Notes: generated by a model from the sequence alone, not told the origin. A DNA stretch of 64,000 nucleotides from an uncultured Gammaproteobacteria bacterium (GCA_963751595.1 CAVVVC010000002.1:135103-199102), one strand, 5' to 3'; shown: positions 9,960 to 22,227, numbered from the stretch's first letter. Numbers and translations: made by a program.

Positions 9960-11186
9960 ATGGAAAAGCGTGAACAACAGGAATCGGGAAACAGCACCGC
10001 AGAGGCGGCGGAGGTCGGCAGCGATAATGCAGTGCCCACCGGGGAAACCCCGCAAAAGTCGGAAAAAAGTGGTGGAGTGAGAACGACCGGCAGCAAACCG
10101 GCGAAAGTGAAAAAGCCCGCGGTAGCGGCAAAATCCGTGCCGACAGAAGAGCCCGCTGGGGCCCGGGCCACCGAGACCAGTGAAGAGGCGGCTACAGCTG
10201 ACAAGCCTGGCGAAGATCCAGCCAAATCTGAAGTAAAGGTAGAGGATAAGGCAGACGCCAAGGATAAGGCAGCAGCTAAGGCAGAAGCCAAGGCAGCAGC
10301 TAAGGCAGCAGTGGCCAACGCCCACAGCCATCAGGCAGAGTTGCGTCACGACCCGGCCGCGATTCGCGAGCTTTTTATTACCGGTGAGTTTCCCTACAAG
10401 AAGAAGATTCGGCGCAAGGACTATGAGGAAAAAAAGGCGCACCTGCAGGTGGAATTGTTGAAGGTGCAGCGCTGGGTGAAGGAGACCGGACAAAAGATTG
10501 TAGTGCTCTTCGAGGGTCGGGATGCGGCTGGTAAGGGGGGCACTATCAAACGTTTCATGGAACACCTCAATCCGCGTGCTGCCAGGGTGGTCGCGCTGGA
10601 GAAGCCCACCGAGCAGGAGCGGGGTCAGTGGTACTTCCAGCGTTACATTCAGACCTTGCCAACCGAGGGCGAAATGGTCATGTTCGACCGCTCCTGGTAT
10701 AACCGTGCAGGGGTCGAGCGAGTCATGGAGTTCTGCTCACCCGAGGAGTATCTGGAGTTTATGCGCCAGACCCCCGAGCTCGAGCGCATGATGGTGCGCA
10801 GTGGAATCAAGTTATTCAAATACTGGTTTTCGGTGACCCGGGAAGAGCAGCTTCGGCGTTTCAAGTCGAGGGAAGGCAGCCCGCTGAAGCAGTGGAAACT
10901 GTCGCCCATCGACAAGGCTTCCCTCGACAAGTGGGACGACTACACCGAGGCCAAGGAGGCCATGTTCTTCTATACCGACACTGCCGATGCCCCCTGGACG
11001 GTGATCAAGTCCACCGACAAGAAACGGGCCCGCATCAACTGTATGCTGCACTTCCTCAACCATCTGGATTACCCGGATAAGGACAAGGTGGTGCTGCGGG
11101 GCCCTGATCCCCTCATTGTGGGCCAGAGCCACCACGTGATTGGCAAGTCGCGGCACGTATTTGGCCCATCCCTGAGCGAATGGTAG
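9960..11186 (+). CDS. ppk2: Polyphosphate kinase 2 (PPK2) with a ~125-aa Lys/Ala/Glu-rich N-terminal extension
   Basis: The PPK2 core is FEGRDAAGKGG (Walker A-like), FQRYI and FDRSWYNRAGVERV. The start is uncertain: GTG at 9936 or ATG at 9960. Confidence 0.85.
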   Translation: MEKREQQESGNSTAEAAEVGSDNAVPTGETPQKSEKSGGVRTTGSKPAKVKKPAVAAKSVPTEEPAGARATETSEEAATADKPGEDPAKSEVKVEDKADAKDKAAAKAEAKAAAKAAVANAHSHQAELRHDPAAIRELFITGEFPYKKKIRRKDYEEKKAHLQVELLKVQRWVKETGQKIVVLFEGRDAAGKGGTIKRFMEHLNPRAARVVALEKPTEQERGQWYFQRYIQTLPTEGEMVMFDRSWYNRAGVERVMEFCSPEEYLEFMRQTPELERMMVRSGIKLFKYWFSVTREEQLRRFKSREGSPLKQWKLSPIDKASLDKWDDYTEAKEAMFFYTDTADAPWTVIKSTDKKRARINCMLHFLNHLDYPDKDKVVLRGPDPLIVGQSHHVIGKSRHVFGPSLSEW

Positions 11187-11223
11187 CGGCAATCGGCGCG
11201 CCGGCCGACAGGTCGGCGTAACG

Positions 11224-11260
11224 AAAAAAGGGGTTGGCGCAGTGAGCGTCAACCCCTTTT
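11224..11260. terminator. Bidirectional rho-independent terminator between convergent ppk2 and the Prx-Grx gene
   Basis: The sequence is AAAAAAGGGGTTGgcgcagtgagcgtCAACCCCTTTT. It has a GC-rich stem flanked by an A-run and a T-run. Confidence 0.7.
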
Positions 11261-11363
11261 GGGTTTGGGTGAGGCGGTGGGGCAGCCAGGGCCTTGCAAG
11301 TACCTGGGCCCGATCCTGCATCGGGCTGCCACAGAGGAAGGAGCCGGTGCTCTTGCCCCCTAC

Positions 11364-12101
11364 TCAGGCTTGCTTCAACCACTCTTCCAGTTCATCGGCA
11401 CCGCCGATGCGAACCCCGTCGACAAAGACCTGCGGGGTGGTGCCCTGGCCACTGATGGCAGCCAGTGAGCTGTAGCTTACGCCGTGCTGCCCCAGCTCAA
11501 TTTCCTCGAACCGCAGGCCCTTTTGTTGCAGGGCCTTTTTAGCCCGGCCGCAGTGGGGACAGCCGGGCTTGCTGATCAGACTTATCCGACTGGGGAGTAC
11601 GGCATCGGCATTGATGTACTGCAACATGGTATCGGCGTCGGAGACCTGGAAGGGGTCCCCCGGCACGTCGGGCTCGATAAACTGCTTCTCCACTACGCCA
11701 TCGTTAACCAGCATCGCATAGCGCCAGGAGCGCTTGCCGAAGCCGATATCGGACTTGTCGACCAGCATTCCCATGCCTTCACTGAACTCACCGTTGCCAT
11801 CGGGGATAAACGTAATGTGTTCTGCATCCTGGTCTTCCTGCCAGGCGTTCATGACGAAGGCGTCGTTCACCGACAGGCAGACGATCGCGTCTATGCCCTC
11901 GGCGAAGAACACCGGTGCCAATTCGTTGTAACGCGGCAAGTGTGTGGACGAGCAAGTGGGGGTAAATGCTCCCGGCAGCGCGAATACAATAACGCGCTTG
12001 CCCTTGAAGAGGTCTGAGCTACTGACGTCCACCCAGCTGTCGTTTTGGCGAGTGTGAAACACAACCTCGGGTACGGCTTTACCTTCTCGATTGTCTAACA
12101 T
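11364..12101 (-). CDS. Hybrid peroxiredoxin-glutaredoxin (Prx5-type peroxiredoxin fused to a Grx domain)
   Basis: The ATG at 12101 is preceded by AGGAG. The peroxidatic Cys motif PGAFTPTCS is in the N-terminal half and the glutaredoxin CPHC motif is in the C-terminal domain. Confidence 0.88.
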   Translation of the reverse strand: MLDNREGKAVPEVVFHTRQNDSWVDVSSSDLFKGKRVIVFALPGAFTPTCSSTHLPRYNELAPVFFAEGIDAIVCLSVNDAFVMNAWQEDQDAEHITFIPDGNGEFSEGMGMLVDKSDIGFGKRSWRYAMLVNDGVVEKQFIEPDVPGDPFQVSDADTMLQYINADAVLPSRISLISKPGCPHCGRAKKALQQKGLRFEEIELGQHGVSYSSLAAISGQGTTPQVFVDGVRIGGADELEEWLKQA

Positions 12102-12463
12102 GATGAATCTCCTGCTTGGTGAATGACTGACTGCGCTTAGAATAACGGCGACCTGACGTTTAATAAAATGAATTAAACGGATATTTATAATAGGAAAAAT
12201 CAATCGATAGCAGCTGATCGTCTGCGGGGGCGGGCGCCCTTTGGGGGTCTAACCGCCATATCTGACCGATATTTGGAATTCTCGGCGAGGGATTGTGCGC
12301 GGTGCGGGATTCTCCGACGAAGGGCATAGCCGTAGCTTTGGCCGCAGGAGGAAGATTTCGTACAGCGTGCAAGGTCCGGCGAGAAACCCAACAGGCGCCC
12401 TACGCTACAATAACAGCGCGCCGAAAAAGCCATTGCCGAATCGGTGAGATGTGGCGGCTGATG

Positions 12464-12743
12464 GGAATGGCACTGACTTAAGCCGATTCGGGTGTCTACC
12501 TCGGCAGGACCTTCGCCGACAGGGATGTCGGCGCAGAGCCCCCAGGGACGGGTTTACGGCGTGTCCTGACGGGCTAGATGCCCGGAGCGGCGCTTTGAAA
12601 ATCCTATGCATTTTTCCTTAAGTAGAGCCTGCTCATAAACTTGCCGGCAATGCATTTTCCAACGCCGGGCGCCGCCACCGCTCCACCCACGCCCGCCATT
12701 GCTCAACGCAAGTTTTGACGCGGTTGTAAGTAAGTGCCATTCC
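12464..12743. mobile_element. MITE-like non-autonomous element, copy 1 (280 bp)
   Basis: The terminal inverted repeats are GGAATGGCACT (12464-12474) and AGTGCCATTCC (12733-12743). The flanking 8-mers are GGCTGATG (12456-12463) and GGCTAATG (12744-12751). The 157-bp core 12465-12621 matches 30664-30820 with 8 mismatches and no indel by manual alignment. Confidence 0.6.
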
Positions 12744-12838
12744 GGCTAATGGCTGAAAGCAGCCAGCGGGCTTGATGGCAGCGGTTTTCGACGGGTGTCC
12801 ACTCTGAAGTCGGTGTGATATCCCGATTAGAAAACCGC

Positions 12839-13864
12839 TTAGGGGGAGGGTGACATTACGGGGCGGCCGCTCATTAGCAGCGCCAGCTCCGTCAGCCCGT
12901 TCCAGGGATCGGTTTTTGCCAGGCCCTTGATGGCGAAGTCTATCTCCCCGGCCATCTGCAGCGAGAGCTGCAGTTGTGGAACATCGAGGCGCGCGCTGGC
13001 CTGCCGGAACAGACCCTGGCGCTTCCTGAAAATGCGCATGCGCTCCATTGCAGCCTCGACCCGCTGGCCGTCTGCGGTGGCTCTGCGCAGTGCCAGCAGC
13101 TGGCGAACTTCTCTGCTCAGTGCCCAGAGTACAACGGTGGCATCGGTGCCCTCGGCTCGCAAGCCCAGCAATGTGCGATGGGCGCTGCGGGCATCGCCCA
13201 TGAGCACCTGGTCGACCAGACCAAACACATCGTAGCGAGCGCTGTCGGCAACGGCCCGCATCACGCTGTCACTATCGATCCTGCCACCATCGGTCAGCAA
13301 AGCCAGTTTGTCGATTTCCTGCTGTGCGGCCAACAAGTTGCCCTGTACGCGCTCGGCGAGTATTTGCAGAGCCTGGGGATCTGCTTCAAAGCCCCGGTCT
13401 CGGAGGCGCCCGGCAATCCAGGTGGGCAGCCTGCTGGCTTCGACAGGCCAGATCTGGACCAGCAACATGCTGGCTTCGACCCGCTTGAAGCCCTTACTGC
13501 GCATTGCCGCTGGGTCAAGTTTGGGGCTGATGGCCATCAGCTGGCAGTCGGGGTTGGCGTTCTCGAGGTAGTGTGCAAGTGCCTTGATCGCCCTGTCGCC
13601 GGGCTTCGCGGAGGTAAAACGAATTTCGATGAGTTTGCGCTCGGCGAACAGCGACAGGTTGTTGGCCGACAGCTGCAGCTCTTCCCAGTTCATTGCGGCA
13701 TCGGCATGCCATATTTCCCGTTCACCGAAGCCTTGCTGGCGGCAGCTCGCGCGCACGCTATCGGCGGCTTCCTGGGCTAGCAGTGCTTCGTTACCGCTTA
13801 TCCACAGCAGCGGCGGCAGGGGCCGCTGCAGATGCTGTTGCAGCTGGTTACCGTGGATTTTCAT
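12839..13864 (-). CDS. holA: DNA polymerase III delta subunit
   Basis: 341-aa ORF with a HolA-like N-terminus (LQQHLQ...PLLWISGNEALL). It overlaps the lptE stop by 4 bp. The leuS-lptE-holA order is conserved. Confidence 0.85.
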   Translation of the reverse strand: MKIHGNQLQQHLQRPLPPLLWISGNEALLAQEAADSVRASCRQQGFGEREIWHADAAMNWEELQLSANNLSLFAERKLIEIRFTSAKPGDRAIKALAHYLENANPDCQLMAISPKLDPAAMRSKGFKRVEASMLLVQIWPVEASRLPTWIAGRLRDRGFEADPQALQILAERVQGNLLAAQQEIDKLALLTDGGRIDSDSVMRAVADSARYDVFGLVDQVLMGDARSAHRTLLGLRAEGTDATVVLWALSREVRQLLALRRATADGQRVEAAMERMRIFRKRQGLFRQASARLDVPQLQLSLQMAGEIDFAIKGLAKTDPWNGLTELALLMSGRPVMSPSP

Positions 13865-14400
13865 TGCGCCGGGGCCGCGTTCTCGCCATTGCCTGTGGGA
13901 TCGTCAGGCGCAAGATTATTGACCACCGCCATAACCTGGCGAACGATTTGCTGCGCCAGTCGGTCCTGCAATTCCTGTGTGATTATGCTGAGCTGAGCCG
14001 CTGAGGAAGTTACTCCCTGTACATCGTATTCGTAAACGCGTTCAGCATACACCGTTGTCGGGCCGGCAATGACTTTGCCACCGGCGTCCAGCAGCTCGTA
14101 ATCCGCGCGCAACAGCAGGGTGTTTTCGGCGGCCCGAACCAGGGCATCGTAACTCGCAGTGCGCAGCCTGGACTCCTCTGAACCGATCCAGAGCCTGTGT
14201 TCTGCGGCCATGGGTGTCGATACCATTTTGACGCCGCTGGTACGCAGTTCGTTGCGCACCGCCCGATTGACGGCGCCGTTGGGCTGATCGCCACTCAGGT
14301 GGACCGTGCCCAGTTGGGCGAGGCCGCTATTGGTGCCTTTCAGCTGCCAGCCACAGGCGGCCAGCAGCGAGATTGCTAGAATTGGCAGTAGCCTGACCAT
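13861..14400 (-). CDS. lptE: LPS-assembly lipoprotein LptE
   Basis: The ATG at 14400 gives the lipoprotein signal LLAAC followed by GWQLKG, typical of LptE/RlpB. It lies immediately downstream of leuS. Confidence 0.85.
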   Translation of the reverse strand: MVRLLPILAISLLAACGWQLKGTNSGLAQLGTVHLSGDQPNGAVNRAVRNELRTSGVKMVSTPMAAEHRLWIGSEESRLRTASYDALVRAAENTLLLRADYELLDAGGKVIAGPTTVYAERVYEYDVQGVTSSAAQLSIITQELQDRLAQQIVRQVMAVVNNLAPDDPTGNGENAAPAQ

Positions 14401-14433
14401 TGAGTTAGTTTCCCCGTTTGCCTGCAGCAATTT

Positions 14434-16971
<2,538 letters not shown>

Positions 16972-18525
16972 TTATGATCGCTTCGGGCCGCGGCCAAGGA
17001 CACCCGGTAGAATCGCCAGCAGGGCAAGCAACAGTAGCGGCAGGTTGCCCCAACGGCCGTATGGTGTGACTCCTCTCATGGGCACGACTTCGCCGCGCAG
17101 TACCGTAGCGGTGAATTGCGGCGCCGTCTGTAGTACCTCGCCGCGGTGATCTACCAGTCCTGAGATCCCGTTATTGGTGCCTCGAATCAGGTAACGGCCA
17201 TTCTCGAGTGCCCGCATACGGGCAATCTCGAAGTGCTGGTGTGGGCCGATGGAGCGACCGAACCAGCTGTCGTTGCTTACGGTCAGGAGAATATCCGCGG
17301 GCCTGGCGTCATTTGCGACCAGGTCCGGGTAGACGATCTCGTAGCAAACAAACGGCGCCAGGCTATGTTTCCCGGCTTTAAGGGGTTGCTGATTGACCGG
17401 TCCCCTGGAAAAGCTGGACATGGGCAAATCGAAAAAGGCGATCAGGCCCCGCAGCCAGCGCTCCAGGGGGACATACTCGCCAAATGGCACCAGCCGCTGT
17501 TTGAAGTAGACACCGCTGCCGTCACCCAGGGCAACGACGCTGTTATACAGGGTGGCGCGGGAATCGCCCCGCGGAGCGATCCGATAGGGGATGCCGGTGA
17601 TCAGGGTTGAACCGTTGCCGGCAGCCTTGCGGTCCAGCTGGTTGATCAGTGCCGTGGCGCTCTGGTACAGCCTGGGAATGGCTGCCTCCGGCCAGATTAT
17701 CAGTTCGGTGCCCCAAAGCGGCGCCGTCTGCTTGAGGTAGGTATTGATGATCTGCTCATAGGCCTCGGGGCGCCACTTCATCGCCTGGGGAATGTCGGGC
17801 TGAATCATGGCGACCTGTACCGGCTCCGCGGCGGGTTCGACCCAGTTGATCTGCCGTAATCCGGCGCCGCCAATCCAGAGTGCAGCCACCAGACCAGCGA
17901 GCCAAAGCTGTCGCTGGCGCGTGGTGATGGCCAGTTGATACATAATGCTCCCGGTCAGCGCGACCACAAAGCTGACGCCGAGAACTCCGACCAGCGGTGC
18001 CCAACCCGCCAGCGGCGTTGCCAGGTGGGCATAGCCGAGAAACAACCACGGAAAGCCGGTCAGCAGCCAGCTCTTGAGCCATTCCCCCAGTACCCAGGTG
18101 GCGGGAAATGCCAGCCAGTTCCACTCGGGTGCGCGGCGATTGCAGAGGCTGAAGAGCCAGCCCGCCATCAAATTGAACAGCGCCAGCCCGAGAGTGAACA
18201 GGACGATGAGGAAGCTGGCCAGGGCGACCGAGGCATGGCCGTGCTCCTGAATACTGACATACACCCAGGAGGTGCCACTGCCAAACAGACCAACGCCGAA
18301 CAGCCAGCTGCGCAGCATGATCACCCGACTGCTCTGGCCCTCGAGGGCTGCCCTCAGCAGCAGTGCGGCGATGATGCCTGCAGGCCAGAATCCGAAAGGC
18401 GCCAGCGAAAGTGTGACAAGCACACCGGCGCCAACGGACAGCACAGCGCCTCGCCAGCCCTCTGTATAGCGGCCTGACGCGCTATTGGCAGCCCCCACCC
18501 GGGGCGCCTCAGGCGTCTTTCGCAT
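16972..18525 (-). CDS. lnt: Apolipoprotein N-acyltransferase
   Basis: The N-terminus is polytopic and the C-terminus is a CN-hydrolase domain (WPEAAIP, FVCYEIVYPD). The corC-lnt synteny is conserved. The start is uncertain. Confidence 0.88.
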   Translation of the reverse strand: MRKTPEAPRVGAANSASGRYTEGWRGAVLSVGAGVLVTLSLAPFGFWPAGIIAALLLRAALEGQSSRVIMLRSWLFGVGLFGSGTSWVYVSIQEHGHASVALASFLIVLFTLGLALFNLMAGWLFSLCNRRAPEWNWLAFPATWVLGEWLKSWLLTGFPWLFLGYAHLATPLAGWAPLVGVLGVSFVVALTGSIMYQLAITTRQRQLWLAGLVAALWIGGAGLRQINWVEPAAEPVQVAMIQPDIPQAMKWRPEAYEQIINTYLKQTAPLWGTELIIWPEAAIPRLYQSATALINQLDRKAAGNGSTLITGIPYRIAPRGDSRATLYNSVVALGDGSGVYFKQRLVPFGEYVPLERWLRGLIAFFDLPMSSFSRGPVNQQPLKAGKHSLAPFVCYEIVYPDLVANDARPADILLTVSNDSWFGRSIGPHQHFEIARMRALENGRYLIRGTNNGISGLVDHRGEVLQTAPQFTATVLRGEVVPMRGVTPYGRWGNLPLLLLALLAILPGVLGRGPKRS

Positions 18526-19357
18526 CCAGCCGCAAGCGCAACCAATGTAGCTGGCGACTGTTAGCTTTGCTGACGCGAAAGTGGAGGTTGCCCAGGTGGA
18601 CTTCTTCCCCTACCCGGGGCAAATGACCGAAGCGATGGGTGACCAGCCCGCCGATGGTGTCATACTCGTTTTCGCTGAGTCGAGCATTGAACTGGGCGTT
18701 GAATTCCTCGATGGGCATCAACGCCTTGACATAGTAGTCGCCGTCTTCGAGGCGGCGAAAGTAGCTGTCCTCGGAATCGTATTCGTCCTCGATGTCGCCG
18801 ACGATTTCTTCCAGCACATCCTCGATCGTGGCCAGACCAGCGGCGCCGCCGTACTCGTCGATGACGATGACCATATGGTTGCGGTTTTCCCGGAATTCCC
18901 GCAGTAGCACATTGAGACGCTTGCTCTCTGGCACAACCTGGACGGGGCGCAGCAGGTTGCTGATGTTGAAGGCGTAGTCTTTTTCCTGCAGCAGCAGAGG
19001 CAACAGGTCTTTGGCCAGGAGAATGCCGAGCACGGTATCCTGGGAGTCACCGATCACCGGGAATCTTGAGTGGGAAGAGCCGATGACCGCCGAGAGAATG
19101 TCGTCCCTGGAATCTTCTGCCCGCAGGCACACCATTTGCGCCCTCGGTACCATGATTTCCCGTACCTGCATATCGGCAACGCGAACCGCTCCCTGGAATA
19201 TGCGCAGGGAGTCGTCATCGACGAGTTCGTTGTCCCGAGCTGCTTCGAGCAGGCTCATTACGTCGGCGCGACTACGGGGCTCAGAGGTAAACAGTTGGCC
19301 CAGTTTATCCAGCCAGTTGCGATCGCTTGCCTCTTCGTTGGAACGTTCATCGCTCAT
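18509..19357 (-). CDS. corC: CBS-pair/CorC_HlyC domain magnesium/cobalt efflux-associated protein CorC (YbeX)
   Basis: 282-aa ORF with a CBS pair and a CorC_HlyC C-terminal domain. It sits in the conserved miaB-phoH-ybeY-corC-lnt operon and overlaps ybeY by 4 bp. Confidence 0.88.
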   Translation of the reverse strand: MSDERSNEEASDRNWLDKLGQLFTSEPRSRADVMSLLEAARDNELVDDDSLRIFQGAVRVADMQVREIMVPRAQMVCLRAEDSRDDILSAVIGSSHSRFPVIGDSQDTVLGILLAKDLLPLLLQEKDYAFNISNLLRPVQVVPESKRLNVLLREFRENRNHMVIVIDEYGGAAGLATIEDVLEEIVGDIEDEYDSEDSYFRRLEDGDYYVKALMPIEEFNAQFNARLSENEYDTIGGLVTHRFGHLPRVGEEVHLGNLHFRVSKANSRQLHWLRLRLDAKDA

Positions 19358-19845
19358 GAAGCTGCCGGCCTCTCGCTGTCGCTGACCAGGGTAGTATAGG
19401 GATCTGCGAAGCCAAGCTTGTGCAGTGTTACCGTTTCCAGTTGTTCCATCCTTAATGCCTCGGCATCGTCAACGTGATCATGGCCAAGCAGGTGCAAAGT
19501 GCCGTGTACCACGAGGTGCGCCCAATGCGCCTGCACCGGCTTGCCCTGTTCCCGGGCTTCCTTCGCCACAAGCGGCGCGCAGACAACAATATCACCCAGC
19601 AGGGGCAGGCCCAGCTGGGGGGGCAGATTCGCGCTGAACGAAAGGACATTGGTGGGCCGGGAAACGTTGCGATAGCGGTGGTTGAGATCCTGCATTTCCG
19701 CTTCGGAAACGATTCTCAGGGTGATCTCCGCGGCGGTTTCCTGTCCTGCCTGGCGCAGTGCAGTGCCCATCCAAAGCTCCAGTTGGGGCGCCCGGGGAGC
19801 GGCGTGGTCTTCATCATTCTGGACGTGCAACTCCAGGCTTTTCAC
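19354..19845 (-). CDS. ybeY: rRNA maturation endoribonuclease YbeY
   Basis: The zinc-binding motif HGTLHLLGHDH is present. The gene overlaps the upstream phoH-like gene by 4 bp. Confidence 0.92.
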   Translation of the reverse strand: MKSLELHVQNDEDHAAPRAPQLELWMGTALRQAGQETAAEITLRIVSEAEMQDLNHRYRNVSRPTNVLSFSANLPPQLGLPLLGDIVVCAPLVAKEAREQGKPVQAHWAHLVVHGTLHLLGHDHVDDAEALRMEQLETVTLHKLGFADPYTTLVSDSERPAAS

Positions 19846-20822
19846 TGCCGTTTGCCCTGCGTCGAGTCCGAGCGCTCGTAGGCCTCGACAATGCGCTGCA
19901 CCAGTGGGTGGCGCACCACGTCCTTTGATTCGAAGACCGTGAAGCTGATCCCGGCGACTTTTTCGAGTACCTGCATGGCATGACGCAAGCCGGGCTCAGT
20001 GCCGCCGGGGAGGTCGATCTGGGTGATATCCCCGGTGATAACGGCGGTGGAGCCATAGCCGATGCGGGTGAGGAACATCTTCATCTGCTCCCGGGTTGTG
20101 TTCTGGCTTTCATCGAGGATGATGAAGGCATTGTTCAGCGTACGGCCGCGCATAAAGGCCAGCGGTGCAATTTCGATAATGTTGCGCTCGATAAGTTTTG
20201 CTACCTTGTCAAATCCGAACATTTCATAGAGCGCATCGTAAAGGGGGCGCAGGTAGGGATCCACCTTCTGGGCCATATCGCCGGGCAGGAATCCCAGTTT
20301 TTCGCCCGCCTCCACGGCCGGGCGCACCAAAATGATACGCTGCACATCCTCGGATTCCAGCGCGTGCACCGCGCAGGCTACCGCCAGCCAGGTCTTGCCT
20401 GTGCCCGCCGGCCCGATACCGAAATTGATGTCGTGGCTGGTGATCGCCCGAATGTAGCGTGCCTGATTCTCCCCCCGGGGTTTGATAGTGCCGCCGCGGG
20501 TCTTGATGGTCGTGCGTTCGACAATGCCGTCCTGCATGGCCTCCATGCCAGACTCCTGCAGGTGCAGATGCAGAAGTTCCGGGCTCAGCTTGCCGCCGGC
20601 GCTGATTTCTTCGTACAGATGATGCAGCAAAGTGGCGCAGGCGCTGATACGCTGGGCTTCACCCTGTAACTGGAACTGGTTGCCTCGATTGTGGATTTGT
20701 ACCTGTAGCCTGGACTCGATCTGTCGCAGGTGGCCGTCGTGGACCCCGCACAGTTCTGCCAGGCACCGGGCATTGTCGGGTTCCAGTAAAATCGTCTGCA
20801 GAGCGAGGGCTGGGCTGTTCAA
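19842..20822 (-). CDS. ybeZ: PhoH-like ATPase (YbeZ)
   Basis: A Walker A motif GPAGTGKT and a PhoH-family core are present. The position between miaB and ybeY is conserved. Confidence 0.9.
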   Translation of the reverse strand: MNSPALALQTILLEPDNARCLAELCGVHDGHLRQIESRLQVQIHNRGNQFQLQGEAQRISACATLLHHLYEEISAGGKLSPELLHLHLQESGMEAMQDGIVERTTIKTRGGTIKPRGENQARYIRAITSHDINFGIGPAGTGKTWLAVACAVHALESEDVQRIILVRPAVEAGEKLGFLPGDMAQKVDPYLRPLYDALYEMFGFDKVAKLIERNIIEIAPLAFMRGRTLNNAFIILDESQNTTREQMKMFLTRIGYGSTAVITGDITQIDLPGGTEPGLRHAMQVLEKVAGISFTVFESKDVVRHPLVQRIVEAYERSDSTQGKRQ

Positions 20823-20874
20823 GTGATTTCGTCAAGCAACCTGTTGGGAGAGTGGACCACAAGCATATAATGAT

Positions 20875-22227
20875 TCACGCGGCAGTAAAAGTTCCCGGCT
20901 CCAGCGCCAGCTCGCCGCGCAGAGAGTTGGGCATGGCCTCGCGAATATGCACCTGGCAGAAATTGCCGATCAGGCTGGAATCATCACAACGGAAATTCAC
21001 CACGCGATTGTTTTCCGTGCGTCCCTGAAGCTGGCCCGGATCCCTCTTCGACACGCCGGTTACCAGTATGGTTTCGAGGCTGCCGACCATGCGTCGGCTG
21101 ATGGCCTGCGCCTGCTGGCCAATGCGGTGCTGCAGAATTGCCAGACGCCGACGCTTCTCCTCCATTGGTGTGTTATCTGCCAGTTCAGCCGCGGGTGTTC
21201 CCGGTCGGGCACTGTAGATAAAGCTGAAGGAATGGTCGAAGCCGATTTCCTCGATAAGCCCCATGGTCGCCGCAAAATCCTGTTCGGTCTCGCCGGGAAA
21301 GCCGACGATGAAGTCGGAGGACAGGCTGATGTTGGGGCGAATGCTGCGCAGGCGACGTATTCTGGACTTGTATTCCAGCGCGGTGTGGCCGCGCTTCATC
21401 ATCGCGAGGATGCGATCCGATCCACTTTGCACGGGAAGGTGAAGGTGGCTGACCAACTGCGGCAGCTCGGCGTAGACCGCAATCAAGGCGTCACTGAACT
21501 CCACCGGGTGGGACGTGGTATAGCGCAACCGGTCGATGCCCGGTACCGCCGCGACATAGCTGAGAAGTTCGGCGAAATCGACGGTCTCACCAAGGTGGTT
21601 TTGACCCTGGTAGGCATTGACGTTCTGCCCCAGCAGGTTGACTTCCCGAACCCCCTGACCTGCAAGATGGGCAACCTCGGCAATCACATCGTCGAAGGGC
21701 CGACTCACCTCTTCACCCCGGGTGTAGGGGACCACGCAAAACGTGCAATACTTGCTGCAACCCTCCATCACTGACACGAACGCGGTGCACCCGTCCACCC
21801 GGGGCTCGGGCAGGCGATCAAATTTCTCGATTTCAGGAAAGCTGATATCGATAACGGGCTTGCCCTGGCCGCCGGCGTCAATCATCTCCGGCAATCGATG
21901 CAGGGTCTGGGGGCCAAAAATGACGTCGACATAAGGGGCGCGTTTACTGATGTTGGCCCCTTCCTGGCTGGCGACACAGCCGCCCACACCGATGATAAGT
22001 CCGGGCTTGGCCAGCTTGAGCGGCTTCCAACGGCCGAGCTGGTGAAAGACTTTCTCCTGGGCTTTCTCGCGAATCGAGCAGGTGTTGAGCAGCAATACAT
22101 CGGCCTCTTCCGGGTTGTCTGTAGTCACCAGTTGGTGGCTATCGCCCAGCAAATCGCGAATACGCGCCGAGTCGTACTCGTTCATCTGGCAACCGTGGGT
22201 TTTGATGTAAAGTTTCTTAACGGGCAT
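20875..22227 (-). CDS. miaB: tRNA-2-methylthio-N6-dimethylallyladenosine synthase MiaB
   Basis: The ATG at 22227 gives [20 protein letters not shown], the UPF0004 N-terminal Cys cluster. The radical-SAM motif CSKYCTFC and a C-terminal TRAM region are present. Confidence 0.93.
   Translation of the reverse strand: MPVKKLYIKTHGCQMNEYDSARIRDLLGDSHQLVTTDNPEEADVLLLNTCSIREKAQEKVFHQLGRWKPLKLAKPGLIIGVGGCVASQEGANISKRAPYVDVIFGPQTLHRLPEMIDAGGQGKPVIDISFPEIEKFDRLPEPRVDGCTAFVSVMEGCSKYCTFCVVPYTRGEEVSRPFDDVIAEVAHLAGQGVREVNLLGQNVNAYQGQNHLGETVDFAELLSYVAAVPGIDRLRYTTSHPVEFSDALIAVYAELPQLVSHLHLPVQSGSDRILAMMKRGHTALEYKSRIRRLRSIRPNISLSSDFIVGFPGETEQDFAATMGLIEEIGFDHSFSFIYSARPGTPAAELADNTPMEEKRRRLAILQHRIGQQAQAISRRMVGSLETILVTGVSKRDPGQLQGRTENNRVVNFRCDDSSLIGNFCQVHIREAMPNSLRGELALEPGTFTAA

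Noticed and set aside
11199-11217. A short palindrome GCCGACAGGTCGGC that resembles the MITE hairpin CGCCGACAGGGATGTCGGCG.
   Set aside because: The shared 9-mer is too short to separate a REP-like family from chance in GC-rich DNA. It would need a genome-wide count.
12102-12463. A 360-bp non-coding stretch upstream of the Prx-Grx gene, examined for a structured RNA (SRP, 6S, tmRNA, RNase P) and for an OxyR site in the AT-rich part (12160-12200).
   Set aside because: I found no match to the conserved cores of those RNAs. ATAG/CAAT elements are present, but their spacing does not fit the ATAG-N7-CTAT-N7-ATAG-N7-CTAT OxyR pattern.
12405-12611. A possible Arg/Cys-rich peptide on the minus strand of the MITE core (MHRIFKAPLRASS..., preceded by AAGGA).
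   Set aside because: The same frame in copy 2 is cut by a TGA after 36 codons. The SD-to-ATG spacing is only 2-3 nt. The composition is not protein-like. The two copies show no compensatory or synonymous substitution pattern.
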